Below are positions 13,803-26,983 of a stretch of DNA of 64,000 nucleotides, one piece after another; position 1 is the stretch's first letter, and each line of letters starts with the position of its first letter. Origin of the DNA: Eledone cirrhosa (Eukaryota); NCBI GenBank assembly GCA_964016885.1, contig OZ024744.1, forward strand, positions 35,092,001 through 35,156,000, given 5' to 3'. The notes under the pieces are model-generated. The model did no database searches. It was not told where the DNA came from and saw only the letters and a list, made by a program, of their open reading frames with translations. The translations under genes and the position numbers were made by a program.

Positions 13803-14138
13803 TCATTCATTTCATTTTACGTCCGCTTTTCCCTGCTTGCAAGGGTGGGACGGGAACTGATTCTGGCTTGATTTCTACAGCTGGATGCCCTTCCTAACAC
13901 CAGCCTCATTTACAGTGAGTGCTGGGTGCTTTTATGCCGTGGCAACTCCACGACCACTTTGCAGTGGAATGATAGGGACCCCAGTCCCTATCATCTCATT
14001 TCTACAGCTGAGTAAACTGGAGCAATGTGAAATAAAGTGTCTTGCTCAAGGAAACAACACATCACCCAGTCTGAGAATTGAACTCACAACCTTTCGATTG
14101 CAAGGCCAATGCTCTAAACACTAAGCCATGTGCCTCCA
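13803..14138 (-). mobile_element. tRNA-derived SINE with RTE-C type tail
   Basis: Same head and body as 10812; tail cccaccCTTGCAAGCAGGGaaaagcggacg. Confidence 0.85.
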
Positions 14139-14149
14139 TATAATATAGT

Positions 14150-14370
14150 AATAATAATAAATTTGAAGACTAAAATCCAAAGAGGGCTCAATAAGGATAA
14201 ATATATATCAAATATATAAGAACCGTAGAGCAAATATTTATTAAAATAACAGATTAAAGTTTAAGCAAAGAATCGCTGCTTTTAGCGTTAACGGGATCTT
14301 CAGAAGATCCTGTAAAGGGTGAAATTAGCGATTCTTTGCTTAAACTGTAATCTGTTATTTTAATAAAAAT
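14150..14370. mobile_element. Fold-back pLTR-like mini-element with HHR-like core at the apex; second copy at 48170-48360
   Basis: Inverted arms centred on gatcttc-a-gaagatc (14302); C[T/A]GAAGA-tccc gttaa gggt-GAAA. Confidence 0.55.
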
Positions 14371-14415
14371 ATATAATATATATATATATTATATATATAT
14401 ATATTATATATAAAG

Positions 14416-14592
14416 AATTGGCAGTATCGGTAGAGGGTCGGACGCCATGCTTTGACACACAAAGTTATGGCCCATGCCATTCAAATCCAGCCGAGGTTAA
14501 CTTCGCCTTTCATCCTTACGGGGTCGATGAAATAAAGTACCAGTAATGTACTGGGTAATTGCTGGCCTTGTGCCAATAGTAGAAACAATTAT
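14416..14592 (+). mobile_element. tRNA-derived SINE with Nin/Deu-like domain
   Basis: tggcagtatcggtaga A box, ttcaaatcc B box, gcctttcatccttacggggtcgat-aaataaagtaccag body, (ATT) tail. Confidence 0.8.
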
Positions 14593-14619
14593 ATATATAA
14601 TATATATATATAATATATA

Positions 14620-17600
14620 TTCACATTCGCCAAGTTCGTGGGCTGTTTTTCCTTCACGGTATAATGTAATGTACACATTTTTCTTGCCTTTCTAACATCC
14701 GCTTAATTTCATAGTCCTTCCAATTCGATAGCATTTTCTATCCTCAGATTCCAATTCTTCCTTCACTACTCGCAATTCTATCCTATTTCCAAAACAAATC
14801 CTCCTGTATTCTGTATTTTCTCGTATTTTCCAAAACAAATCTTGTATTTTTTGTTATTGCTTGTTAAATACGAAGTTTTTGTCGTATTTTACTAAACAAA
14901 TCTTGTATTTTTGTTATCGCTTGTTAAATACGAGGATCTTACTTAGACCTATTCTTCTCGCTAACAACTCAACACCCCTCCCACCCGCCACCATTATTAT
15001 TACGTGGACCAATCATAAACCAGAGACCTATACTATCGCTTACCTGGTCGATATGACGGATGGAAGGACTACGGAATTTCCGGAGAGTTGAAGAGAGAAA
15101 AATGTGGACGCTCAGCGACAATGCCAAAGATAAAGACAAATTCACCTCGTGGACGAGAATGCGAGCATTCCTCATTGTTTCGGCCGCGGATGGCTAACGT
15201 AACCCCCCCCCCCCCGCTCCCCACCGCTCCCACCCTCCAAACGCAATCCAAAACTTCAGAGTTGGTACCATGAATGTAGGCACCTTAAAGGGTCGCTCTA
15301 ACGATGTTGTAGAAATGCTTGAACGTAAGGAGGTCGATGTTTGTTGTATTCAAGAGACCAGGTGGAGGGGTGGGTCTGCTAGATTCATTGTGGGTAAAAA
15401 ACGATGCTATAAGCTTTTCTGGGTGGGAAATGACAATGGGCTGGGTGGAGTAGGAATCATGGTAGCAGAAAAGTGGGCAGATAAGATAATAGACGTAAAT
15501 AGAGTGAATGACAGAATAATTAAAATAAGACTTGTCCTCAGTAGAACGACGGTGACAGTAATATCTGCGTACGCACCCCAATCCGGACTGCCCGGCACTA
15601 TAAAAGACAGATTCTATGAGACACTGATGCTCACTACCTCCCAAATAACCGACAGTGACTATATAATTATTGCAGGCGACCTAAATGGTCACGTTGGACA
15701 ACATTGTGACGGCTACGACGAAATCCATGGAGGCTATGGGTTTGGTACTAGAAATGAGGAAGGCTCCAGAATCCTGGAATTCTGTGACGCAAATAACCTA
15801 ACTATCTGTAACACTAACTTCAAAAAACGTGACAATCACCTGATCACCTATAGATCCGGGGAACACACAAGCCAGGTAGATTATATCCTTACAAGAAGAC
15901 GTGACAGAGTGTCTGTTGTGAACACTAAATCCCTCCCCCATGAAGAATGCACCTCCCAACATAGACTGATAATTAGAGACCTAATAGTCAGGACGAGACG
16001 TACTAGACAACAGAAGAGGACTATCCTCAGGAGAAAAATATGGAAGCTAAAGGACCCCACAGCCAGAAATAAATTTAAAAGTATACTACTTGATGCTTTC
16101 GACAGTAATGAAGAGCAATTAGAGTCGTACAATATAGAGGAGCAGTGGGAATTCCTGAAAGCAAACCTGCTGACGGCGGCAGACGAAGTCTGTGGCTGAA
16201 GCAGGCCTAGAAGGCAGGAGGAGAGTAACATGGTGGTGGAACAGTAAGGTGGAGGGGTCAATTAAGGCCAAAAAGTATGGCGGGATGGGGGAAGCAGAGA
16301 AGACTATCAAGTGGCCAGGAGGGAAGCTAGGAGACAAGTGTACTTCGCAAGAAGGGAAGCAGAGGAAAGAAAGTTCAAGCATGTTCTACAACGAGAGGAC
16401 CAAAAACGTGAGGTGTTCAGGATTGCTAGGCAATGTGTCAAGGAAAACCGTGATATTGTCGGGGAGAAGTGTGTACTTAATGATGACGGCGTACTTGCCA
16501 TCTCAGACGCTGATAAGAGGGTAGCTTGGAAGTGTCACTATGAAAGGCTACTAAATGAGGAGAATAAATGGGAGAAAGACAGTCTCCCCCACATCGACCC
16601 AATAGAGGGACCAGCAGTGTTAGTCGAGGGTAGTATAATAAGTAAGGCAATCAAAGATATGAAGACGGGTAAGGTGGCTGGGCCTTCGGAAATAGTTGCC
16701 GAGATGCTGAAGGCATCTGGTACGGTGGGACACACCTTGGTCACCCGGATAGTTAACCAAGTCGTACAGAATGGGGTTGTTCCGAAGGACTGGCGTAGCA
16801 GCATCATCGTTAACTGTTATAAGGGTAAAGGAGATGCCCTAGATAGGAGTAACTATAGAGGCATTAAATTAATTGACCAGGTCATGAAGGTCACGGAAAA
16901 AGTAATAGCGCAACTAATCAGAGAGAGAATTGATCTAGATGAAATGCAGTTCGGGTTTGTGTCAGGCAAAAGTACCACAGACGCTCTTTTCATTGTACGA
17001 CAACTACAGGAGAAGTACCTAGCTAAAAGCAAACCCCTATACTTAGCTTTTGTCGACTTGAAGAAAGCCTTTGACAGAGTCCCCCACTCCATTATCTGGT
17101 GGGCTCTTAGAAAACTAGGTGTCGACGAATGGCTTGTGAGAGCTATACAAGCCATGATGAAGAAACAGTCAGCAAGGTTAGAATTAACAACGAATATAGT
17201 GAAGAGTTTAGCGTAAAAGTTGGCGTCCATCAGGGCTCTGTTCTCAGCCCCCTACTATTTATTATTGCCCTTCAGGCTATAACAGAGGAGTTCAAGACCG
17301 GTTGCCCATGGGAACTCCTATACGCAGATGACCTAACACTCATAGCTGAATCAATGGCCGAGCTAGAGAAGAAATTCCAAACATGGAAGCACGGCCTAGA
17401 ATCAAAAGGCCTTAAAATTAACCTGGCTAAGAATAAAGTTCTAGTTTGTAAGAAAGAAAATAAGGCGGCGGTCCCTTCCGGGAAGTGGCCATGCTCAGTG
17501 TGTAGGAAAGGCGTAGGTAGAAACTCCATTTTGTGTCCCAAATGCAAAGTATGGGTGCATAAAAGATGTAGTGGGATCACAGGTAAGCTAACTAAGAACA

Positions 17601-18765
17601 CAGATTTTACATGTGGCTGGTGCTCTGGTGCAATAAGTAGCAGCAAGTGCCCACAAAATACTAGCTCTTTCAACTGCGCAGAGGCTTCTATAGAAATAGT
17701 GGACAGCTTCCGTTACCTGGGTGACAAAATCAGCAGTGGGGGAGGGTGCTCTGAAAGTACAGTAGCTAGAGTCAGAACTGGATGGAAAAAGTTCAGAGAG
17801 CTTATACCACTATTAGCCTCTAAAGGGTTCTCCCTAAAAATGAAAGGCAGGTTGTACGATGCCTCCATACGAACAGCAATGTTGCATGGCAGTGAGACCT
17901 GGGCATTGTGTGCAGAGGATAAACGCAGACTAGAGAGAAACGAAACTTGCATGCTCCGCTGGATGTGTAATAGTAATATATGTGAACGGCAAAGCATAAA
18001 TGAACTAAGGGAGAAATTAGGAATAAGAGGGATCAGATGTTGTTTACTCGAAAGAAGGCTACGTTGGTATGGTCACGTGATGCGCATGAAGGACGATAGC
18101 TGTATAACAAAGTGCAGGGCAATAAAGATAGACGGTAGCCACGGAATAGGCAGACCCAGAAAAACATTGGACGAGCTGATAAATTCCGACCTCACACACT
18201 TACACCTCACCAAGACAATGTCACTGGACCGAGACCTTTGGCGGTACTCAGTAATAGAGAAGTCCCGCCTTACCTAAATACATAGTAAATCCTACTACAG
18301 TCAGTAGGCATCTCTAACAAAATACACCCCCGTCCCACCACCCCCACCCCATCCACACCGCCCCTTTCAATGTAAAGTTATGTTGGTGCCACAACATCCA
18401 GGCCGAAACAAATGAGATCGTGTAGGTGTCACGTCAAAAAAACACACAGTTCACGCTGTAATGTGGCCGTGTAGGCAACACGGTAAAAACCTCCCAGTTC
18501 CACACTGTAAATGTGGTTGGTGTTAGGAAGGGCATCCAGCTGTAGAAAACCCGCCAGACAGTCCACGCTGTAATGTGGTCGTGTAGGTAACACGGTAAAA
18601 ACCTCCCAGCCCCACACTGTAAATGTGGTTGGTGTTAGGAAGGGCATCCAGCTGTAGAAAACCCGCCAGATAGTCCTATGCGAGCAAGATAATCACTCTT
18701 GACTCAAGTGGGAAACCCCCGTCCAAACTCATGCAAACGTGGAACACGGACGTTGATGATGATGA
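14620..18765 (+). mobile_element. RTE subfamily B, full length with frameshifts and stops
   Basis: 5'UTR shared with 33570-34062 (-); ORF pieces 15121-15273, 15270-16199 (APE), 16311-17216 and 17129-18277 (RT, PHD); 3'UTR and (TGA)n. Confidence 0.95.
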
Positions 18766-18802
18766 TATATATATTATATATTATATATATTATATATATA
18801 AT

Positions 18803-21045
18803 ATCATCATCATCATCATCGTTTAACATCCATATTCCACGCTTGCATGGGTTTGGACGGGAGTTTTCCCACTTGAGGCAAGATTGGTTGTCTTGTTCGT
18901 ATAGGACTGTCTGGCAGGATTTCTACATCTGGATGCCCTTCCTAACACCAACCATGTTTACAGTGTGGACTGGGAGGTTTTTACCATGTTACCTACATGG
19001 CCACATTACAGCGTGGACTGTGTTTTTTTTGTCATGACACCTACACGACCTCATTTATTTTGAACTGGATGTTGTGGTACCAACATAACTTTACATCAAA
19101 AGGAGTGGTGTGGATGTGGTGGGGGTAGTGGGACGGGGGTGTATTTTTGTTAGAGGTGCCTACTGACTGTAGCGCCAAATAACTCGTTCCAGTGACATTG
19201 TCTTGGAGAGGTGTGTGTGAGGTCGGAATTTATCAAGTCGTCCCAGGTTTTTCTGGGTCTGCCTACTCCGTGGCTACCGTCTATTTTTATCGCCCTGCAC
19301 TTTTTTATACAGCTGTCGTCTTTCATGCGCATCACGTGACCATAGCAACGTAGTCTTCTCTCGAGTAAACAACATCTGATCCCTCTTATTCCTAATTTCT
19401 CCCTTAGTTCATTTATGCTTTGCCGTTCACGTATATTACTATTACACATCCAGAGGAGCATGCAAGCTTCGTTCCTCTCCAGTCTGCGTAAATCCTCTGC
19501 ACACAATGCCCAGGTCTCATTGCCATGTAACATTGCTGTTCGTATGCAGGCATCATACAGCCTGCCTTTCATTATTAGGGAGAACCCTTTAGCGGCTAAT
19601 AGTGGTATAAGCTCTCTGAACTTTTTCCATCCAGTTCTGACTCTAGCTACTGTACTTTCAGAGCACCCTCCGCCACTGCTGATTTTGTCACCCAGGTAAC
19701 GGAAGCTGTCCACTATTTCTATAGAACCATCTGTGCAATGGAATGAGCTAGTATTCTGTGGGCACTTGCTGCTACTTATTGCACCAGAGCACCGGCCACA
19801 TATAAAATCTATATTCTTAGTTAGCTTACCTGTGATCCCACTACATCTTTTATACACCCATACTCTGCATTTGGGACATAAAATGGAGTTTCTGCCTACT
19901 CCTTTCCTACACACTGAGCATGGCCATTTCCCAGATGGGACCGGTGCCCTATTTTCCTTCCTACAAACTAGAACTTTAGTCTTAGACAAGTTAACTTTAA
20001 GGCCTTTTGATTCTAAACCATGCTTCCATGTTTGGTATTTCTTCTCTAGTTCAGCCATTGATTCAGCTATGAGCGTTAGATCGTCTGCATATAGGAGTTC
20101 CCATGGGCAGCGAGTCTTGAACTCCTCTGTTATAGCCTGAAGGGCAATAATAAATAGTAGGGGGCTAAGGGCGGAGCCCTGATGAACACCAACTTTTACG
20201 CTAAACTCTTCACTATATTCGTTGTTAATTCTAACCTTGCTCACTGTTTCTTTATACATGGCTTGTATAGCGCTCACAAGCCATTCATCAACACCTAGTT
20301 TTCTAAGGGCCCACCAGATAACAAGTCAACAAAGGCTAAGTATAGGGGTTTACTTTTAGCTAGGTACTTCTCCTGTAGTTGTCGTACACTGAAGAGAGCG
20401 TCTGTTGTACTTTTACCTGACACAATCCCGAACTGCATTTCGTCTAGATCAATTTGCTCTCTGATTAGTTGCGCTATTACTTTTTCTGTGACCTTCATGA
20501 CCTGGTCAATTAATTTAATGCCTCTATAGTTTCCCCTATCTAGGGCATCACCATTACCCTTGTAGCAGTTAATGATGATGCAGCTGCGCCAGTCCTTTGG
20601 AACGACCCCATTCTGTATGACTTGGTTTACTATCTGAGTGACCATAGTGTGTCCCACCGTTCCAGATGCTTTCAGCATTTCAGCAACTATTTCCGAAGGC
20701 CCGGCCGCTTTGCCCGTCTTCATGTCTTTGATCGCCTTACTTATTATACTACCTTCAACTTGCACTGCTGGTCCCTCTATTGGGTCGATGTGTGGGAGAT
20801 TGTTTTTCTTCCAATTATTCTCCTCATTTAGTAGCCTTTCATAGTGACACTTCCAAGCTACCTTCTTATCAGCGTCAGTGATGGCAAGTACACCATCATC
20901 ATTAAGGACACACTTCTCCCCGACAATATCACTGTTTTCCTTGACACATTGCCTAGCAATCCTGAACACCTCACGTTTTTGGTCCTCGCGTTGTAGAACA
21001 TGCTTGAACTTTCTTTCCTCTGCTTCCCTTCTTGAGAAGTACACT
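18803..21045 (-). mobile_element. RTE subfamily B, 5'-truncated, tail-to-tail with the previous copy
   Basis: ORFs 20295-21044 and 19150-20277 (RT, PHD). Confidence 0.93.
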
Positions 21046-21064
21046 TATATATACATATTATATA

Positions 21065-21335
21065 TCATCATTCATCATCATTTCATTTTACGTCCGCTTT
21101 TTCCCTGCTTGCAAGGGTGGGACGGGAACTGATTTTGGCTTGATTTCTACAGCTGGATGCCCTTCCTAACACCAACCTCATTTACAGTGAGTGCTGGGTG
21201 CTTTTTTGCCGTGGCACCTCCACGACCACTTTGCAGTGGAATGATATGGACCCCAGTCCCTATCATCTCATTTCTACAGCTGAGTAAACTGGAGCAATGT
21301 GAAATAAAGTGTCTTGCTCAAGGAAACAACACATC
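21065..21335 (-). mobile_element. SINE, 5'-truncated, RTE-C type tail
   Basis: Matches 13803-14060. Confidence 0.85.
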
Positions 21336-21556
21336 ATATATATATCTATATTTTGAACTGTTGGTCAGTCAATGATAAACATTGATTGCCAGCTAAATTA
21401 ACTATAGAGATTTAAAATATACAGAAGCGAAAACCAACCCAAATCAAACTGAGTATGTTTTATTACATATTTCTGGTAATATTATAAACAAGAACCTCAC
21501 CAAATATAACATATATTAGCTCCCTCTGTTGAACATTCTTCAGACTTTAAACCAAC

Positions 21557-22120
21557 ATGCAGAAACAACACCTTAATATTTCTACAAAAAATATACCCAT
21601 ACCTAGCAGGAAGACGTACCTAAAATTACTAATTCAAAAAACGGATTCGTTCCTTAAAAGGGTGCGTTGGCATGCCATTTCTTCCAACAACCAGGATAAA
21701 GCGGACAGAAACCAGGATAAGTTTGGGTTTAAAACATATAATAACCCTCCTAGCGACCCAGCTTTGTTGCCTTTCGAAAACGATGTATTGGAACTCATAT
21801 GGAGATTCAAATTTCGGAACAGAAGCAATTCCTTCCAACATGATTTGAAGAATAGAATCCGTTTTATAAAGGATTCTAATGCAGTGCATGTCCACTCCAA
21901 TAAAACTGGAAACCTATACCAAGTGGAGAGGAAAACTTACCATCAACTGTTACATAATGCTGTAACCAAGGATTACCGGAAAACTGATCGGAGTGTTATT
22001 AATGACATCAATGATACTGGGTTTAAAATCACTTCAGAATTCAACATCCAGGACCAGACTGAACCTCTATTTCTCCCCATTTTACCCTGAAGGATCATAA
22101 ACCCAATTTAGCTAATAACC
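21557..22120 (+). mobile_element. Penelope-like element, N-terminal ORF fragment
   Basis: STKNIPIPS...FLKRVRWHA...FGFKT...PFENDV...KTGNLY resembles the PLE pre-RT region; family assignment from recall. Confidence 0.65.
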
Positions 22121-22493
22121 CATCTAAATGTTTGTATTGTTGCATCATAGCAGTAGGGGTGGTCTCAGGCAGTTTGGGGTTTTTTTGTTTTGTTTTTTTT
22201 TTCTTCTAAATTCAATTGGTGAAATTGTTTAAGTTTAGATAATATGCTGTACATTTCAGATGATGGCAGTATTACCAACCAGAAGAAATGACCGTTTTTT
22301 TCTTCAAACATCTAAAGTATATCTGAATCAGATTTACCAAAATATGAAGCTGTATGTTCCAAGAGAGAGATGAAAAAAAATCCAGATGTCTTGGATAGAT
22401 GAAGAAATTGAATATGAAACAAGAAAAAAAAAATCTGTTATCAGTTTCTCATTTTATTGATTTCATTTTATTTATTTGTGTGTGAGTGTGTGT

Positions 22494-22579
22494 ACAGTGT
22501 GGCCCAAATGTTGCACTACTTGACAAAATAATGTTATTCAGTTATTGAATGGTAGCACAACTTTTGAGCCACTCCATAT
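22494..22579. mobile_element. Tc1/mariner-like MITE remnant
   Basis: tacagtgtggcccaaatgttgcactac ... gtagcacaacttttgagccactccata imperfect TIRs, TA ends. Confidence 0.45.
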
Positions 22580-23704
22580 AAGGAGGTTACTTAAAACAAA
22601 ATTCACAAAGAGAGCAATTGCTTTTTTGTGTTGAATTGTTCTGATTTGTTAATCCTTTATTTCTCCTGTTAGACACTATTAAAATTTATACATTATATTT
22701 CTTTTGTCTGCCTGTTGTCTTTTCTTCTCTTATCATCATTATCATCAGTGTTTTCCATGCTCGCATGGGTTTACACAACACTTTTTTTTTTTTTTTTTTT
22801 TTTTAAAGCAAGGAATATTTTATTAATTTATAATTTGAGGATAAGAGTTTTTTTTTTTGTAAAAGTAATTCCTCATTTAATTCTCTCTCTCACACTCTTA
22901 ACACTTCCTTTCCATAAAAACTTGTAACAGTGTATGATGATACGTTCAAAATGTTTACTATAACAGATGGTTGATGCGACTAGAATATACACATGTAACA
23001 GGCTGTCACATGTGACAAACTGTCACATAAAATAGTTCTTGTTCATACATTGTTTTGGACTTGGTTTCCTATGGCTTGATATTATTAATATTTGAGGTGG
23101 AAGGAGTGGATGGGAAATATTTAATGAAATTGCTATACTGATTTAGGTTACAGATAATGAAGATAATATTAAATAGGATGTAGCTGTCATTCCTGGACAG
23201 AAGGAAACCTACTTGGTTGTGGTTTTTATTGTTTAGCCCAAGGTCATCCCAGAACATGATTAACCTGTTTTTTTCTAAGGCATGTTGTATGTAGGATTAC
23301 ATTATTAAATGCAACCTTTTTTTTTTTTCAGCTGGTAGGTTATGATTTGAGAGGTATTTGTCTATTTCTAGCAAGCCGAGTTATGCATATAGATTCCTTC
23401 ATGGAATTGATGCCCATCATCCTCATTTCTACTTCTGCTTTATTTATTCCAACATGGGTCCAAACAAGTTAGGTTTTCTACAGTTGAATGCCCTTCTTGA
23501 TGCTAGTATTCTGAACATTAATCTGTAATGAATAAAAAATAGTTCAAATTCCCTATTTTATTTTCTAAGTTTCATCAACACACTTGTATAAAAATATAAT
23601 AATATAATACTTACAGAATGAAAACACAACCACAAATGATATGTACAAATATAAACGCATAAAAGAGTATGACAATTGGCTGCACCTCACATCTTAGGGG
23701 TTAA

Positions 23705-24135
23705 CTAAATACTTGAGGCAAGCCAACATGCTTGCAGCATTACCATGGGTGATGGAAAGGCTAAGGCAGTGAACTAACCAGGCAACCCCACCTGATACTT
23801 CAGTAAGGCAACGATGACAAGAACTTTGCTGTCAGCGGCATAAGTCCTGGTATTTCTGTATTTTATTCCGTTTGGCAACTAGCAGAGACCTCAACATGTA
23901 CCATGGCATCTATGATGTGGGAGGGGGAAAAAGAGTCACTAATTGTGACGTCCCAGATGAGACACCTACCTCTCACCCAGGGACAAAGGGTAAGACCGTC
24001 TGGACTCTTCCCATCACTTTTGGATAAACCAGCTGGTTCCAGAACTGAGGGGATATTAACCCGAGCCAAGGCCCATTTGATGATCAGGTTTCACTCGGTA
24101 TGACAGGCAAAACAATCAGCATTCAGGCAGCTGAC
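23705..24135 (-). mobile_element. CRE-like non-LTR retrotransposon, restriction-like endonuclease C-terminal fragment
   Basis: ARVNIPSVLEPAGLSKSDGKSPDGLTLCPWVRGRCLIWDVT (PD...D motif). Confidence 0.75.
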
Positions 24136-24440
24136 AAACCATCCAATCTCTGAAGTTAATATATTTTTATACTAACTCTTAATGTCTTGTGCCAAATGAA
24201 ACCACATTAGCAAGACATTTTTTTTTAAAATACAATACAGCCCTATGACTGCATCATATAAAAAATTAGTCTTCACTAATAAATATTTCAATTAATCAAC
24301 CTGCTTTTTGATATTTTTTATTTTCTGTTAAATTATTACAGGATGAGTACTCATATTAGAATGAGGCTGAAGTTCAGAGATAATATGTGTATATCCATAC
24401 AATAACATGTGCTCAGGTAACAAATTGGCAGAATCATTAG

Positions 24441-24875
24441 AGCATCATCATCATCATCGTCATTTTACGTCCACTTTTCCCTGCTTGCAAGGGTGGGACT
24501 GGTCCTATTCACCATCTCTCCACTTGTCATGGTCCTTTGTCTTGGCTGCACATTTTAGCACGACATGTAACAATGTAAATTATCCCTCATGACCGTGTAG
24601 GTGTCATGACAAAAATCACCCAGCCCACACTGTAAAATGGTTGTGTAGGTGTCACGACTAAAAGCTCCCAATCCACTCTGTAAAGTAGTCGTGTTGGAGT
24701 CGCATCAAAAAGCTCCCAGCACACACTTTAAATGAGGTTGACATTAGGAAGGGCATCCAGTTGTAGAAACCAAGCCAAAAACAATTCTGTATGAGCAAGA
24801 CACGGTCACCTGACCTGACTTACCTCAAATGAGACAACCCATCTAACCCATCCGAGAATGGAAAATGGACGTTAA
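24441..24875. mobile_element. RTE/SINE 3' fragments (tail on -, pseudoknot array and tail on +)
   Basis: 24441-24505 RTE-C tail; 24590-24875 array, aggaagggcatccag motif and tail. Confidence 0.7.
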
Positions 24876-24877
24876 AT

Positions 24878-25066
24878 AATTGTTACTACTTTTGGCACAA
24901 GGCCAGCAATTACCCAGTACTTACTGGTACTTTATTTTATCGACCCCGTAAGGATGAAAGGCAAAGTTAACCTTGGCGGGATTTGAACTCAGATCATAAA
25001 GAGACGTAACTCTATGCTTCAAAGCATGGTGTCCGACTCTCTACCGATACTGCCAATCCACCGCCT
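24878..25066 (-). mobile_element. Nin/Deu-like SINE
   Basis: Reverse complement of the 56866-57055 family. Confidence 0.8.
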
Positions 25067-25989
25067 AATAATGAAATAATAAACAATTTTAGTACATCCT
25101 CAAAATTCTACTTTAATTAATTGTAATAGAGATTATTTTATTAAATATATGATAATGAAAAGGTTAATTAACTTCTCTTAACACTCACTGTTCCCATAAC
25201 CCCTAATAGAACTGTAGGGATACCATTGATGTCAAGGGCATTTTATTCCTGGTACAGCCCATCTCTTTCCAAATTTGACCACAAAAAGTGGGGTAGAAAG
25301 AATCAATTCCAGTACTGAGATGTTCCTTTATTTATCGACCTTAAAAGGATGAAAAATAAAACAGAAGGAATAACACAATGTATTCTATCCAACTAAATAA
25401 ATAAATAATTGTAAACATTCAAAATTAATTGAAACACATAAGTTGTGTATTCTATTAGAAATTAGTTTGGTTCAAAATGAAATCAGAATCTGTCGAGGCA
25501 GGGTTCACCCATTCAAATTTGTCATATAATTAAGCAATTCTAAGCTGTTGTGCTTCAAGATAACCTTTTAACCTTTAGCATGCTGAATTTTTTTTATGAA
25601 TTGCTTCCCTTGACAGTGCATTGTGTATTAAGGGGAGGTTACTCTATCGGCGAAATAAGATGCCTAGAGTGTGCTGAAGATTAAATGTCTAAACCATGTC
25701 AACTAGTAGGTAAATATCAAGCTTTATGTAAAATAATGATAATAATGTATTAATTTAAACCCCACCAAATATGCATTTGGATTCATAAAAATAAATATAA
25801 TTCAATAAGAATAGCTAGGCTTTTAGTTTAGGTTATATATTTATCTTATTTATAAGATAAATATATAATGTTATAGCATATGCTGCAAGCCCTGCACTTA
25901 CACTGAATCCAGCCTAGCACTTCATAAATATTGCACAGGGATATTTAGCAGTGAGAACTCCAGAGAAATAGTCTTTTTCCAATCCAAAG

Positions 25990-26150
25990 AAGGCACAACT
26001 AATTAAAGACAGAATCAAGCTAGATGAAATGCAGCTTAATTTTATGTCAGTTAAGCACTCTGCCAATTCCCTCTTCCTTGTAGAACAGCTGCAGAAGTAC
26101 ATAGCCAAGAACAAGCCTCTATACCTGGTATTTGTAGATCTGGAGAAAGC
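25990..26150 (+). mobile_element. Old RTE RT fragment
   Basis: QLIKDRIKLDEMQ...KNKPLYLVFVDLEKAY. Confidence 0.7.
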
Positions 26151-26559
26151 ATACCTTTTGTCACTTTTTAATGTAATAACACCTGACATGCTGTTTTTTT
26201 TTGCTTTATGAATCTGACCTGTATTATAATGCCACCTTTTGTTTGTTTATATTTGAATGATTACAGCACAACAACATCTATGCTCCTGACGATATGTAGA
26301 GCAGCAGACCAGACTCCAGTATATATATTGAGACACGGCCCACCCTCCTGCATTGAAACGTTCATAGAGTAAAATCATGTTGAAAATCTTAACTGGTTAA
26401 TTATTGTTATTTTAATAAAAGTTCATGCCATAACAGTTCATAATGTTGTCTACGGAGGTTGAAAAATCATTCTGCCTTTTGAATTACTGATTGACCAAGG
26501 ATACTGATTAACATTGAGCTTCTATAATCTTTACCAGGATATATATTGATTAACTCCAA

Positions 26560-26868
26560 TATTGGCCTTGCAATCGAAAGGTTGTGAGTTCAATTCTCAG
26601 ACCGGGTGATGTATTGTTTCCTTGAGCAAGACACTTTATTTCACATTGCTCCAGTTTACTCAGCTGTTGATATGAGATAATAGGGACTGGAGTCCCTATC
26701 ATTCCACTGTAAAGTGGTCGTGGAGGTGCCACGGAAAAAAAGCACCCAGCACTCACTGTAAATGAGGTTGGTGTTAGGAAGGGCATCCAGCTGTAGAAAT
26801 CAAGCCAGAATCAGTTCCCGTCCCACCCTTGCAAGCTGGGAAAAATGAAATGATGATGATGATGATGA
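26560..26868 (+). mobile_element. tRNA-derived SINE, RTE-C type tail
   Basis: Matches 13803-14110 in reverse. Confidence 0.85.
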
Positions 26869-26983
26869 TAACTTAACATATATATATTGAGTTTGTGTGT
26901 ATGAGGGACAATAGCATTAGATTCAAATTATAAACAATGTATTATTATTATATTTTTTACCCAAGTTATAGATAGTGTTTTAT

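Noticed and set aside
14620-15200. HDV-like ribozyme in the RTE-B 5'UTR
   Set aside because: Fragments (cacctcgtgg, ggctaa, antisense ggcgaa) could not be assembled into P1-P4
26281-26370. HHR-like CTGACGA...GAAACGTT
   Set aside because: Stem I is offset by 3 nt and there is only one copy; counted only as weak support
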